Source: Eledone cirrhosa (taxonomy: Eukaryota). From it: a stretch of DNA of 64,000 bases. Location of the stretch: positions 27,280,001 to 27,344,000 of the forward strand of contig OZ024755.1 of assembly GCA_964016885.1 (NCBI GenBank), written 5' to 3'. The notes below the pieces were generated by a model. It was not told the DNA's origin. It saw only the letters and a program-made list of their open reading frames with translations, and made no database searches. Positions 12,864 to 26,127 of this stretch are shown piece by piece. How positions within the stretch are numbered: position 1 is the stretch's first letter; the number at the start of each line of letters is the position of its first letter. The position numbers were made by a program, and so were the translations under genes.

Positions 12864-12934
12864 TATTTTATTATGCGCATTTCAAAAACAAATATCATCA
12901 TGCGATGACATTTGCGTTTTCGTCAGATAAAATA
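12864..12934 (-). ncRNA. Type I hammerhead ribozyme
   Basis: Minus strand: TATTTTAT-CTGACGA-stem II (GCAAATGTCATC/GATGATATTTGT, loop GCAT)-GAAA-TGCGCA-TA-ATAAAATA; palindromic stem III. Confidence 0.85.
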
Positions 12935-13329
12935 GGGAGACATGATATGAAGGTTAAAAAACACTTGTGAATAGTGCAGTTTTAAATCAATATATGAAAA
13001 GTAGTTTTAGATTGATGTGTGATATTGGGAAAAAAATTGAGGCGGGGGGGGGGGGGGGGGTTGGAAAGGATGAAAAAGAGGAGGAGATGAGAGTAAAGAA
13101 TGGAGGGGGAGGAGTATAATAAGGAAGGATGAGATAAGAGGAGAGATGGGTGATAGAGAGAGAGAGATAGCTTTTATAACTGAGAAAAATATATTGTTTT
13201 ACAGAGAGAGGTTAAAAAACCGTTGGAATATATAAATTAAAATAATTTGAAAATTAACGAAGAGAAAAATTTAAGAATGTATATAGTTATAGAGGTATTT
13301 ATTTACGCTTTAATTTATATTTTTAATTA

Positions 13330-13740
13330 TCGTGTCTATAGTCTGCCTTTCATAGGTTATAGATTCCATACACTGGTGGTTTTTTCCCCCTGTATTATTG
13401 ATAACGCACTGTATATCTCTCTCTGGTGTGTTACCTTTTCAACATATTGTATTTTAAAGAGCTCAGGATCTCTTCTCCTTTGAGCACATTATTTACAGGG
13501 AATAGTGAGGGCCTATGCCTCCGTTAATTTATCGTGATGTTGCCAATATAAGCTTGTCTTTATTGACTTTTATCGAGACAGACAAATTGTATTCACTTTA
13601 ATTAGTTTATTTCATTAATAGCTAACTTTGTCTGTTGCAATATAAACACATTTCGTGTTTATCATATATTTTAAATGTATTTAACTGCTCGGAAGAGCCC
13701 CTTCCTCGAGCTTAATTATTGTAAACGACTGAGAGTTTAT
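13330..13740 (-). mobile_element. Possible heavily decayed Penelope-like GIY-YIG relic
   Basis: AYIGNIT motif on the minus strand near 13545, upstream of and co-oriented with the 12864 HHR; no intact frame. Confidence 0.3.
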
Positions 13741-13801
13741 TCTCAAAATATAATATATATATATATGTATATATCTCTCTCTCTATATATATATATATAC
13801 A

Positions 13802-13876
<75 letters not shown>

Positions 13877-13942
13877 ATATCTATATATATATGTATATAT
13901 CTCTATATATATATATGTATATATCTATATATATATGTATAT

Positions 13943-15725
13943 ATCGACCAGGTCATGAAGGTCACAGAAAAAGTAATAGCGCAACTAATCAGAGAGAGAA
14001 TTGATCTAGATGAAATGCAGTTCGGGTTTGTGTCAGGCAAAAGTACCACAGACGCTCTTTTCATTGTACAACAACTACAGAAGTACCTAGCTAAAAGTAA
14101 ACCCCTAGACTTAGCTTTTGTCGACTTGGAGAAAGCCTTCAACAGAGACCCCCGTTCCATTATCTGGTGGGCTCTTAGAAAACTAGGTGTTGATGAATGG
14201 CTTGTGAGAGCTATACAAGCCATGTATAAAGAAACAGTCAGCAAGGTTAGAATTAACAACGAATATAGTGAAGAGTTTAGCGTAAAAGTTGGCGTCCATC
14301 AGGGCTCTGTTCTCAGCCCCCTACTATTTATTATTGCCCTTCAGGCTATAACAGAGGAGTTCAAGACCGGCTGCCCATGGGAACTCCTATACGCAGACGA
14401 CGTGACACTCATAGCTCAATCAATGGCCGAGCTAGAGAAGAAATTCCAAACATGGAAGCACGGCCTAGAATCAAAAGGACTAAAAATTAACCTGGCTAAG
14501 ACTAAAGTTCTAGTTTGTAGGAAAGAAAATAAGGCGGCGGTCCCTTCTGGGAAATGGCCATGCTCAGTGTGTAGGAAAGGCGTAGGTAGAAACTCCGTTT
14601 TATGTCCCAAATGCAAGGTATGGGTGCATAAAAGGTGTAGTGGGATCACAGGTAAGCTAACTAAGAACATAGATTTTACATGTGGCCGGTGCTCTGGTGC
14701 AATAAGTAGCAGCAAGTGCCCACAAAAAACTAGCTCTTTCAATTGCGCAGAGGGTTCTATAGAAATAGTGGACAGCTTCCGTTACCTGGGCGATAAAATC
14801 AGCAGTGGGGGAGGGTGCTCTGAAAGTACAGTAGCTAGAGTCAGAACTGGTTGGAAAAAGTTCAGAGAGCTTATACCACTATTAGCTGCTAAAGGGTTCT
14901 CCCTAAAAATGAAAGGCAGGTTGTATGATGCCTGCATATGAACAGCAATGTTGCATGGCAGTGAGGCCTGGGCATTGTGTGCAGAGGATATACGCAGACT
15001 AGAGAGGAACGAAGCTTGCATGCTCCGCTGGATGTGTAACAGTAATATACGTGAACGGCAAAGCATAAACGAACTAAGGAAAAAATTAGAAATAAGAGGG
15101 ATCAGATGTTGTTTACTCGAGAGAAGGCTATGTTGGTATGGACACGTGATGCGCATGAAAGTCGATAGCTGTATAACAAAGTGCAGGGCAATAAAGATAG
15201 ACGGTAGCCACGGAATAGGCAGACCTAGAAAAACCTGGGACGAGCTGATAAACTCCGACCTCACACACTTACACCTCTCCAAGACAATGTCACTGGACCG
15301 AGACCTTTGGCGGTACTCAGTAACAGAGAAGACCCGCCTTACCTAAATACATAGTAAAACCTACTACAGCCAGTAGGCATCTCTAACAAAATACACCCCA
15401 TCCCACCACCCCGTTCTATGTAAAGTTATGTTGGTGCCGCGCCATCCAGGCCGAAACAAATGAGATCGTGTAGGTGTCACGACAAAAAAACACACAGTCC
15501 ACGCTGTAATGTGGCCGTGTAGGCAACACGGTAAAAACCTCCCAGACCCACACTGTAAATGTGGTTGGTGTTAGGAAGGGCATCCAACTGTAGAAAACCT
15601 GCCAGACAGTCCTATGCGAGCAAGACAATCACTCTTACCTCAAGTGGGAATACCCCCGTCCAAACCCATGCAAGCGTGGAACACGGACGTTAAACGTTGA
15701 TGATGATGATGATGATGATGATGAT
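13943..15725 (+). mobile_element. 5'-truncated RTE-clade LINE (RT + Cys-rich PHD-like finger + 3' UTR)
   Basis: [32 protein letters not shown]...CPKC...HKRC...CGRC; internal stop; (GAT)n tail; very similar to 43367-45168. Confidence 0.93.
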
Positions 15726-15858
15726 ATCTATATATATATATATGTCTATATATATATGTATATATCTATATATATATGTATATATCTATATATATATGTA
15801 TATATCTATATATATATGTATATATCTATATATATATGTATATATCTATATATATATG

Positions 15859-15895
<37 letters not shown>

Positions 15896-15918
15896 CTATA
15901 TATATATATATCTATATA

Positions 15919-15973
<55 letters not shown>

Positions 15974-15984
15974 CTATATATATG

Positions 15985-16016
<32 letters not shown>

Positions 16017-16062
16017 CATATATATATAGATATATACATATATACATATATATATATATATA
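15726..16062. repeat. (TA)n-based compound microsatellite
   Basis: Seen directly. Confidence 0.95.
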
Positions 16063-17311
16063 ATTAAGTTAAAAATGTACATCCACATATGTATACTGAA
16101 ATACTAGTATGCATATGAATACACACACGTGTACATATGTAGATGTACCGAGTTTTTCACTGGTCACTTTACTGTGAGTGTCCAGCTATTCTGTATGATA
16201 TATATATATATATATATGGATCGTTCGTCAGACAGAAATGTTATAGATAACAAATATGAAATGAGATTTTACATCTGTTAAAAATTGGAAGTGAGGCTGG
16301 AAAAATAACGAGTATATAAATATATATATACTATATATAAAACTAGCAGTAAAGCCCGGCGTTGCTCGGGGCTGCTCAGTAGCTGTGTTAAAGTTACAAT
16401 GTTAAGTTTCTTTCTTGGCTTAAAAACTGTAGAGTCTACAGTGTAGACTTTCATGTGTTACTTTTGATTAATATTCCCTCAACCAACAGTATGCCTTATG
16501 AAGTTAAGAAAACATAACCATAACTCGAATGTTAAAACAAAAGAGGATGCTGGGGATAAAAACTGCACTGGTAATCTATTAACAAAAATCGAAAATGTAA
16601 ACACTGCAACACTTGTCTCAGAGAAAAACATCAGCGTAACCAAAATATCAGTTATTTTGAAACAAAGAAATTGGATGGACATGAAAAAAAAAAAAATGCA
16701 ATTTTATTGCCTATCACCTCTCTGCACAACTTTATCGCCTATATCACCTCTCTGCACGACTGTCTGTCTACATGCCTCCATTGTCTATCAGCCCGACTGT
16801 CTGTCTTCACAACTTTATCGCCTATATCACTTCTCTGCACGACTTTATCACCTATAGCAGTAAAGCCTGGCGTTGCTCAGTAGCTGTGTTAAAGTTACAA
16901 TGTTAAGTTCCTTTCACGTTCATCTGTAGAACAAACGTAGCCCATGTGTCAAGTTTTGTGAAAATCGGTTGCGAACTCCAGAAGTTATGATGTTTTGTTG
17001 CATTGCACTGCAGTGCTTCAGTCGACTCCAAGGAAGTGGTTGAAGGGGGTTATCTGCCGGGAGGCCCTATAATCAATATCTGGAAAAATGAAAGTGCCCA
17101 TGACCATCCGGAGTACATAAGTAACTTATGTCTTAAGTTTGGTGAAAATACTCTAGAAATGTATAAGGTTTACACACACACGCGTGTGTGTGTATGTATT
17201 TGTGTGTGCATATGTATATGTATGTGTATGTATGTGTATGTCCGTCGGCGCAAACGTATGTACTGGCCTAAATCTTCACTATTTACTTTTACTATTTTAA
17301 GGCAAAGTTAA

Positions 17312-17420
17312 AATCCCGTCGAGGTTAACTTTGCCTTTCATCCTTACGAGGTTGATAAAATAAAGTACCAGTAATGTACTGGGTAATTGCTGGCCTTGTG
17401 CCAAAAGTAGAAATAACTAT
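17312..17420 (+). mobile_element. SINE fragment (second family)
   Basis: GAGGTTAACTTTGCCTTTCATCCTTAC core, as in 19333-19514. Confidence 0.75.
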
Positions 17421-17734
17421 TTTAATAACCTCTGTCATTTTCGTTTACAATTTTATTTACATCATTCTTAAACTCCAGGGCTGGGAATCATTCGGTTATT
17501 TTAAATAGAATATTAGTCTAACGACTCCATTTACACCATAAACTTGGTCTCGTCTTTGCATGAAATTGTTCTTCTCGCTCCACATAACGACGTATTATCC
17601 TCGCTTTTTTTCCGTTCATTGCCAGGGAATGTCTTCACGAACCAAAATATCATCTTCCTGTTTTCCTTCGGCTGCAATGTTTCTCGAAATATTTAATTCT
17701 GCATTCACAGATTGAATTTATTAGTTTCAGAACT

Positions 17735-17854
17735 AAAAAAGGGAGAGGGGGTTGAGAAAGAAAGAAAGTTTAAGCAAAGAATCGCTGCTTAATGTTGAAA
17801 GCAGCGATTCTTTGCTTAAACTTTCTTTCTTTCTCAACCCCCTCTCCCTTTTTT
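17735..17854. repeat. Perfect inverted repeat, 56-bp arms, 8-nt loop
   Basis: 17735-17790 is the reverse complement of 17799-17854. Confidence 0.95.
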
Positions 17855-19174
17855 CTCATACCCTCTCTCTCTCACCCATACCCCCTCTCTCTCTCTCTTC
17901 TACAGAATGGAGAACAATAAAGAACGCGTAGATCTCTCTCTCTGTCTTTATATATATATGTGTTTGTTTGTGTGTGTGTATGTGTGTGAACCAGCGTTCG
18001 TCGCCATTCTCTCTCTCTCTCTGATTATCTTGTACCTCTCTCTGTATAACGACCTATCTCACTCTACATCTCCCTTTAGATGTATATGTATATGTGTGTG
18101 CGTGTGATATATATATAGAGAGTTGCAACATGTATGTAGTTTCATAGATTTTTGATGGTAGTAGTGAGAGGAATGAAGCGTGTAAGAGAGAGGGTTACAG
18201 CATGTATTTAGATTTATCGATTTTTTTTTCATAGAAGCAGGAAATTTTTGGCAAAAATTATTACGCGTTGACCTGACTTGGTAAATTTGGAGCACATTGG
18301 AAAAAAAATCATCAAAATCGGTAGAGAAATGTGGAAATGCATAAAAATCATACACACACACAGACAGACATCTACCGTTTTATATATATATAGAGATGGG
18401 AAGTATACAATCTAAAAAGAATCGAACTCACGATCGTGAAGTCGCAATGGCTTTAAATACTTTTCGCATGCGCACTGATGTCTACTTTTTTGCGCATCTG
18501 TAATTGGCCTAATTCTGTTTCGCAAAAACAAAATGGCCGCTGGAACAATTTCTTTTTTTTTCCAACCCGAATGAAAAACGTTAAAAACTTGGATTTTACT
18601 ATTTATAAGGAGGCAAAGTAAAGTTTTATTTTCTTCCATAAACGTCAGCAATAATTATTGACGCGATAGTTTTGTTTAGCTACTGCAACATCTCCACATA
18701 GTGTTTCAATGGTGCTGGACATCTGTAAAAAGAAATGAAGTCATTTACATACGTTGTCAATAAAAAGAATATGTAATTATTCATTTATTGAAAGCTGGTT
18801 GATCAAATATCTGCCGACGTTTTCTTAAACAGAATCACTGATATGGTAAGCAAATAGGGTCCCACGTGCTGGCCTCCCCACAGCCCCGGCGGACAGGATG
18901 GAGGGAAACGCCTTCTCCATCCAATGATTATATATATATATATATCTGCAAATATATTTCTTTAATTAATTACGTCACCAACAAATGTACATTATGCAAA
19001 TTAGGCTGACCATTATAGTTGGATTCTGGTTTGTGTTTGATATACATCATTTGACTATACATTCTCATTCTCGTAGACAGAATAAAAGAATATTAAACTT
19101 TATAAAATTCTTCCAATTTTGTCTTTTATTATATATACATTTAAATAGAGGAAACCTTTTCCTACATCAAAGGA

Positions 19175-20175
19175 AACTAATAATGTAGATGAAGTTTCTT
19201 AAGATAGAATGTAAATAACGAAAAAAGAAACTAAGAATGTAAACCAAGTTTCTAAAAAAACTAAGAATGTGGATGAAGTTTGTAAAGAAACTAAGAATAT
19301 ATATGAAGTTTCTAAGGAAAAGAACAAATAATTGTTTCTACTTTTGGCACAAGGCCAGCAATTATCCAGTGCATTACTGGTACTTTATTTTATCGACCCC
19401 GTAAGGATGAAAGGCAAAGTTAACCTCGGCGGGATTTGAACTCAAACCATAAAGGGGCGTAACTCTTTGCTGCAAAGCATAGCGTCAGACCCTCTACCGA
19501 TACTGCCAATCCACCAAATAATGCGAGTTTTTTTTAAAGAAAAAGATATGAATAAAAAAGCTTATTGTTAAATGAAGAAACTAAGAACGTAAATCAAGTT
19601 TCTAAAGAAAGAAACTAAGAATGTAGATGAAGTGTATAGTGAAAGAAACTAAAGAATGTAGATGAAGTTTCCAACGAAAGATATATATTTAGTGTCTAAA
19701 GATATATATTTAGTAACTAAGAATGTAAATGAAGTTTCTTAAGATAGAATGTAAATAACGAAAAAAGAAACTAAGAATGTAAACCAAGTTTCTAAAGCAA
19801 GAAACTAAGAATGTAAACAAAGTTCTAAAGTAAGAAACTAAGAATGTAAACAAAGTTTCTAAATAAAGAATATAAATGAAGAAACTAAGAATATATATGA
19901 AGTTTCTAAGGAAACGAACAAATAATGCGAGTTTTTTTTAAAGAAAAAGATATGTAAATGAATAAAAAAGTTTATTGTTAAATGAAGAAATTAAGAATGT
20001 AAATCAAGTTTCTAAAGAAAGAAACTAAGAATGTAAATCAAGTTTCTAAAGATGTATATTAAGAAACTAAAGAATGTAGATGAAGTTTCCAACGAAAGAA
20101 ACTAAAGATGTATATTTAGTGTCTAAAGGTAGAAACTGAGAATGTAAATGGAGTTTCTTAATGAAAGAAACTAAA
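19175..20175. repeat. Degenerate ~30-34-bp A-rich minisatellite with higher-order duplication
   Basis: Recurrent GAAACTAAGAATGTAAATGAAGTTTCTAAA-like units. Confidence 0.85.
19333..19514 (-). mobile_element. tRNA-derived SINE (second family) with 8-bp TSD
   Basis: Minus strand has TGGCAGTATCGG and GAGTTCAAATCC boxes. CAAATAAT at 19325-19332 and 19515-19522; empty site at 19919-19926. Confidence 0.85.
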
Positions 20176-21783
20176 AATATAATAGACGACCCCAGTCTGA
20201 GCAGGCAAACAGGAAAGGTGTTACCGTTATGGAAAAGAAACTTGAACACAAGTCCTTCAGACGGTTGCTACTCATCACAACACTGAGGCCCTTCTAGACA
20301 TGTAAGAGAATAAAAATCAGTGATGGCAACAGACATTCAGGGTGACACCCTCGATGTCTGGAAAAGAAACTTGGCATTGACCAAGAGGATCCTACGAGAA
20401 GTATACGTCCTTAAACTGCTTTAATCACCCTCTCACCTGGAATTGACCAACTGTGGAGGAGGGTGGTTTTGGTGTGTTATTTTTCTGATGATTCTAACAG
20501 CTTACTAGGAGTGGCAGATTGACAATCAACTGCACACATGTAGAGTGGAACTAAGGGTCACAGGGGAACAGACATAAACAATGAAAATGGATTGCTTAGG
20601 ACACGTATCCCCTTTTTGCATAAGCATGATAAACCATGAGCTCCTTTGAAATACAACACCACCAGGACATGTGGCAGAAGCTAAACAAAACTATCGTTAC
20701 TGACATTTATGGAAGGAAATAAATAGAAAATGCCTCAATAAAACTGTTCAACATAAAATAAAACTTTACTTTACCTCCTTATAAATAGTAAAATCCATTT
20801 TTTTTTTATCAGGTTGGAAAATATGAAGTTGTTGAAGCGGCCATTATTATTTTTTCAAAACATTACTCTATTTACGCATGCGCAAAGTATTTATGTGAAG
20901 TCGCAATGACTTTACAATCGTGAGTTCGATTCTCAGACATGCCTTGGTTGGTTTAATAACCGGTTGTTTATTGTTAAAGTTCTTTCCTCACACATTCTGT
21001 GACTAATTTAATTTGTTCTGTCTGCCTTGTTTTTGCGAGCTATGTATCTCTCTCTCTATATATCTATATATATATATATATATATACACACTAGTATTAA
21101 ACTAGTAAGATGTGCCCTCTAATGGGTTGATTGGAGGGTTCGTTCTACAACCACCGTTGACAAAAAAGGTCGCATGTATGCAAGAAATGAAGCTGCCATG
21201 CTTGAAAGAAATGTAGCTGTATATAGAGGTTTCGTTTAAATTCTTAGAAGAGAGAAGGGGGTTTATATATTTTTTCTTAGAAGAATATACGTATTTTTGT
21301 GTCACCGGTTCAATAAATGAAGAGAGCTGGTCTACACAGAATGTATCTGTATGTGTGTAGAGAGAAGCTTGAGTTATATTTCTTAGACTGTGTGTATATA
21401 GTGTCGAGATGGCTTAGTTTAGTTTCTTAGAAGACGTAACTATGAGTATATATAGAGAGAGGAAGAAAAAAAATGGTTTAGCTATGAATACTACTACTAT
21501 TTTTATCTTAAAAGAAAGCATGTGTCAAGTGGGTGAAGAAGTGCCAGAAAGCCACATTAAATGTAGACCAAGGAAGAAAAAACGGATAGTTCACTTGCTA
21601 TCGGAAAGAGGTTAGTGTGAAACAGAACCGAGAAAATAGGCATCGATTGACACTCGCCGCCGACAGGGGACTGCAAGCAAAATGGTTGGATTGCATCCAT
21701 GAGTTTACAAGTGAGCACACACGCAACAAAGGAATCAACACCGCAACACAACCAATCATTCGACTCGCTGGAGAAGCAGACCG

Positions 21784-22350
21784 GTGCCTTCCGATGGCGT
21801 CGTCGGACGCTGGACGGAAGGACCGGTGAAGCTACTCGGGGTCTGGTTTGGTCCGGACCTCCAGGTGGAGAAGAACTGGAATGAGGTGACGGCCAAGGTG
21901 TTTGCACTCACCCAGAAGTGGGCCGAGTGCAAACTATCCTTGAAAGGTCGAGCGGAGGTTGCGAACACTTTTATAGCGTCCGTCATCTACTACCGCTTGA
22001 CCATCGTGCCTTGTCCAGCCAAAACGCTCACCAAAATGGAGCGTGCGCTCTTCCAATTCCTTTGGAAGAAGCGGGTTCCTTTGGTGAGAAGATCCATCTG
22101 CTGCCAACACCCTTCCAACGGAGGGCTGGGGATGCCGTGGGTGACGATGCGCAAACACGCGCTCAGGCTGCGGTATCTCTACGTATTCCTCACCGGACAA
22201 CCGGTGTGGGCCCCGTTCGTGAGGCGAGCCTTCCCACGACTCGTCTCGCTGACCGAGCTTCAGTCCTGGGTCAAGCAAAGACCGAGGAAAATGGGCGACT
22301 GGCACATCGAATGTGCTCAGGCGCTCACAGCTCTCTGGCAGGCGGACCAC
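21784..22350 (+). mobile_element. Tx1/L1-clade LINE fragment (RT C-terminal region)
   Basis: KLLGVWF, W...KLSLKGR, FQFLW and GGLGMP motifs. Confidence 0.85.
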
Positions 22351-22550
22351 TTCGTCATTCTATGGGAAGGCAAGTCTTCTTCATAATGCCAGAGATCAAG
22401 ATCCTGTGTCATCACCTTTAAGAGGTGTAATTGTGCAAGGTCTGCTTTTATCACCTCATCCCAGAGCAACTTTGATCACCCTGCCCCTTTTTATGCAGCT
22501 GTCATCCTTCATATGCATCACATGTCCATACCAACGCAACCCCCTCTCCT

Positions 22551-22765
22551 GTGACGACAAAAATCACCCAGTCCACACTGCAAAGTGGTCATGTAGGTGT
22601 CACAACAAAAAGTACCCAGCCCATACTGTAAAGTGGTCATGTAGATGTGACGACAAAAATCACCCAGTCCACACTGCAAAGTGGTCATGTAGATGTGACG
22701 ACAAAAATCACCCAGTCCACACTGTAAAGTGGTCATGTAGGTGTCACAACAAAAATCACCCAGCA
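22551..22765 (+). repeat. 48-bp minisatellite derived from an RTE 3' UTR motif
   Basis: About 4.5 copies of CACTGTAAAGTGGTCATGTAG...; paralog at 46588-46780. Confidence 0.85.
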
Positions 22766-23047
22766 CCCCGAGCGTTGGACGAGTGCTTCCCGCCGTCGAG
22801 CAGGTACTAGAGGATATTCAACCGCCACACGGTGAAGTTCTCCTTCTCCTCCACACCTAACATGGCCAAAACCAATGCTGTGAAGTTGGAGAAACTCGAC
22901 CGTCAACAGCGGCAGGCGACTGACGGTCACGGGGTCTCCAACTATACTCCGGTCCCCGCAGCGGCCGCCATGCCCACGGAAGATGCTGTAATTAAATGCC
23001 AGGCAGAACTGAGTGACGAGGGGAGCCCACCGCACTGACAGAACACC
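22766..23047 (+). mobile_element. Penelope-like element fragment (shortened paralog of 46781-47516)
   Basis: IFNRHTVKFSFSSTPNM; near-identical to the start of the longer copy. Confidence 0.7.
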
Positions 23048-23065
23048 ATATATACATATATAGAT

Positions 23066-23417
23066 AGTTGGATGTGCAATGCCAATGTGTGTGTAAAGAC
23101 CAAGCATAGACGAGTTGAGAAAGAAACTGGGTATAAGAGGGATAAGTTGTAGTGTGCAGGAGAGAAGGCTGAGATGGTAATGACATGTGATGTGCATGGA
23201 GGATGACCGCTGGATAAAGAAGTGCCAAGAAATCCCAGTAGAAGGAAGACGCAGTAGAGGTAGACCACGAAAAACATGGGTGGAGGTGGTGAGAGTAGAC
23301 CTCAGATTGCTGAAGCTCATAGAGATGACGAAGGACCATGACAAGTGGAGAGATGCTGTGCTGAATAGGACCCATTCAACCCTTGCAAGCAGGGAAAAGC
23401 GGACGTAAAATGATGAT
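23066..23417 (+). mobile_element. RTE LINE 3' end fragment
   Basis: GRRSRGRPRKTW motif and (ATG)n tail; paralog at about 52100-52441. Confidence 0.85.
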
Positions 23418-23534
23418 ACACACACACACAAGTGCAGTGTGGCTTATTTCTTCATTTTTGTTAAAGACATAAACACCCAAAAATGATAGGAAAAATGGGT
23501 TTGCACACTTACATGCAGATGTATGTATGAATGT

Positions 23535-25503
23535 TGTTATACTTGGGGAGGGTCATATTTGTGTAATATTGCCAGAATTAATAACAGAACACACTCACTG
23601 TTTGGTTGGTTTTCGCTTCTCGCTGTCTTTTATATCTGCGATCTAACTTAATCGGTCCTCAATGTTGCCATTGACTGACCGACGGTCAAAAATAATACAG
23701 ATACAATATAGACACAAACACATATATATAGTTTACATAATTTACATAAATCTTTCGTTGCACATCTGCAACATCGTCAGTGGTGTTATATTTTTTCCTC
23801 CTGTTGTGTTGTATGTCTACGCCATTTTTTATTCAGTCTGTCTATATATTTATTTATTTATTTGCTTGTTTGTTTATTTTATTTTGTCTTCTTTGCGCAT
23901 GCGTTTGCGTGTGTGTATAGTGTTACGTTTGCTGTGTGACTAGTGTGTATAGTGTTGTGTCTGCTGGGTGACTAGTGTGTGTTTATGTGCTTGTTGTTAT
24001 TGTGCTTGTGTATGTATTTATTTATCTTATTTTATTTTATTTTATTTACTTATTTATACTTCTCTTAGGTCAGTGTTGTTTGTTTGGGTGTTGTTGTTGT
24101 TCCACTCATTCTTTCTGTTTAGCTTTGGTCTTCTAATTTCTATTTCACTGGCCTCTCTGATTTGCCTATCTGCTGGGTCATTCCTATGTTTAGATATTAT
24201 TCTAATTTCTATGTTGTCTATGTTACCGTCATGTTGTTGTCTAGCATGTTCATATAGTACTGACCCGTTTTTTCGTCCTTTTAGTTCCCCCCAGTGTTGG
24301 TCTATCCTTTCACCTATGCTACGAGCTGTTTCGCCTATGTATGTTGTTGTCATGTTTCTGCAAGTACCCTCTGTACATCTTATGCTATAGACTACGTTTC
24401 TAGTTTTACAGTTTATCCGGGGGTTCACCTTACATATGATACATTTCCTATTGGTACAGTGGGTTTTCTTAAAGGGGTAGGTTTTGCTGATCAGGGATTT
24501 TATGGTGGTTCCTGGCTTTTCTACCACCTTTATTTTTAAGTGGGTCTTTCTCAGGGCCTTTCTACACTGGTTAGCTAATTTCCCTCCAGGGGTGGCGTCC
24601 ACAAACATGACACTCTGATATCTCTGGTTGTCGTACCATGATGTGACCTTCCCTATCTTATGTCTAGCCCTATCTAAGCTATTCCATGATTTGCTCCTGT
24701 ATAATGGGCAAATTCCTTTCATGTCCAGTTCTATGAGGGTCTTATACTTTTCCATGGCTCCTTCGTATACTCTGACTCTGTCTCTTTGGTTGTAGCCAGA
24801 GAACTGCATGCGGTTGATGAAGTGTTGGATGTGTCTTTCCATTTTTGTTGGGTCACACATGCTGGACACATTCTTCATCACTCGTACCAAATCTGCGGTC
24901 AGAATATTAAACTTAGCACTACTGGACATTGCTGAGTTTTTGAGTATCAGGTATTTAGAGGCCATGGGTTTAGCATAGTGTGAGTGGAGAATTTGGGCTC
25001 TCTCGTCTATAGTGTTAATCCAGAGTTCTGTGTCTAATACAGGTAGTCTATTGTTAGGGTGTTTGGAAGGGAAGTCGATAGTTACAGTTATACTCTGGTG
25101 TATGGAATTAGCTATCTGCTGGATGCTTTCCATCGTGCTACGTTCTAATTCAAACTTGTTAGTGCTCTCTAGTGGGGGTGTTCTTATAACTATATTGATA
25201 TCGTCTACATAACGAGAGTACATGATGAGGTCTATGGAGCTTTCATTAAGGAGATCTTTCAGTCTCCTTTCCCACCATACCATGAAAAGGTTGGCAACAT
25301 CACCAGCTATGCTGACGCCGATGGCTGCTCCCTCATTTTGGGTGTAGATTTTCTCATTGAACTTAAATATGTGGCCCTTTAGGGTAGTTTTGATACTAGC
25401 CCCTATTGCATGTGCGACCATTTTTCTTACCTGATCATTGTTTTGGGGGGTCCGTATAGCTTTGGTCCACCCAATCCACCTTCCCATGGGAGTCTTTTTT
25501 GCC
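23535..25503 (-). mobile_element. 5'-truncated Penelope-like retroelement (RT + GIY-YIG), open frame to stop at 24054, 12-bp TSD
   Basis: YTQNEGAAIG, RYVDD, Cys-rich linker, VVYSIRC...YIGET...ERIDQH. ATGTATGAATGT at 23523-23534 and 25504-25515; single copy in paralog at 52531-52542. Confidence 0.93.
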
Positions 25504-25711
25504 ATGTATGAATGTATATATATATATACATACATATATATATATACAGGGTGTGGCAATATTTGTTCGGAAAAAATAACACAGTAGTTTTATTTTTTTA
25601 GATTTATTTATCAAACTTGGGTCACTTTGTCTCCATGACTTGTTCTTTCGATCTCACTCGATAAACCCGCCATTGGCTTTGATGACGGCCTCAAGGCAGC
25701 CTCACAACCGG

Positions 25712-26127
25712 CTACATTCTTCTGGAAAGGGAGATATGAAGGAATTAGAAGAGAGGCTGGGGTAGCATTTGCTGTTAAGACTGCTCTTGTAGATAAATTG
25801 GAAGAATTCCAAGTGGGATTAGTGAGTGTCTTATGTCCATGAGAATTCCACTGGACAAAGGAAGATATGCGACCCTGGTGCGTGTGTATGCTCCAACTAT
25901 GAATTCTGTTGATGAAGAAAAAGTGTCTTTCTACCATGCTTTGAAAGGTGTTATAAGAAATATCCCTCAGGCAGACAAGGTCATCGTGCTTGGTGACTTT
26001 AATGCTAGAGTGGGTAGGGATTTTAGCACATGGAATGTAATCGGAAGGCATGGGAAAGTATAACAGCAATGGTATGCTCCTGCTGCAGGTGTGTGAGGAG
26101 CTGGATCTTGTGTGTTACCAACACCAT
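25712..26127 (+). mobile_element. Decayed RTE AP-endonuclease fragment
   Basis: Homologous to 3064-3485; paralog at about 52750-53168. Confidence 0.85.

Larger units (their letters stand above)
16342..18395 (+). mobile_element. Non-autonomous Helitron/Helentron-like element pieces with nested insertions
   Basis: 5' ACTAGCAG...CCCGGCGTTGCTCGGG, internal AAAATCGGT motifs and a 3' CAGACAGACA...TTTTATATATATATAGA end resemble such elements from memory; not searched. Confidence 0.4.

Noticed and set aside
20180-20450. Possible decayed LINE 3' end
   Set aside because: No motif I can assign with confidence.
20486-20520. CTGATGA as a hammerhead core
   Set aside because: No stem II-GAAA or stem I partner follows.
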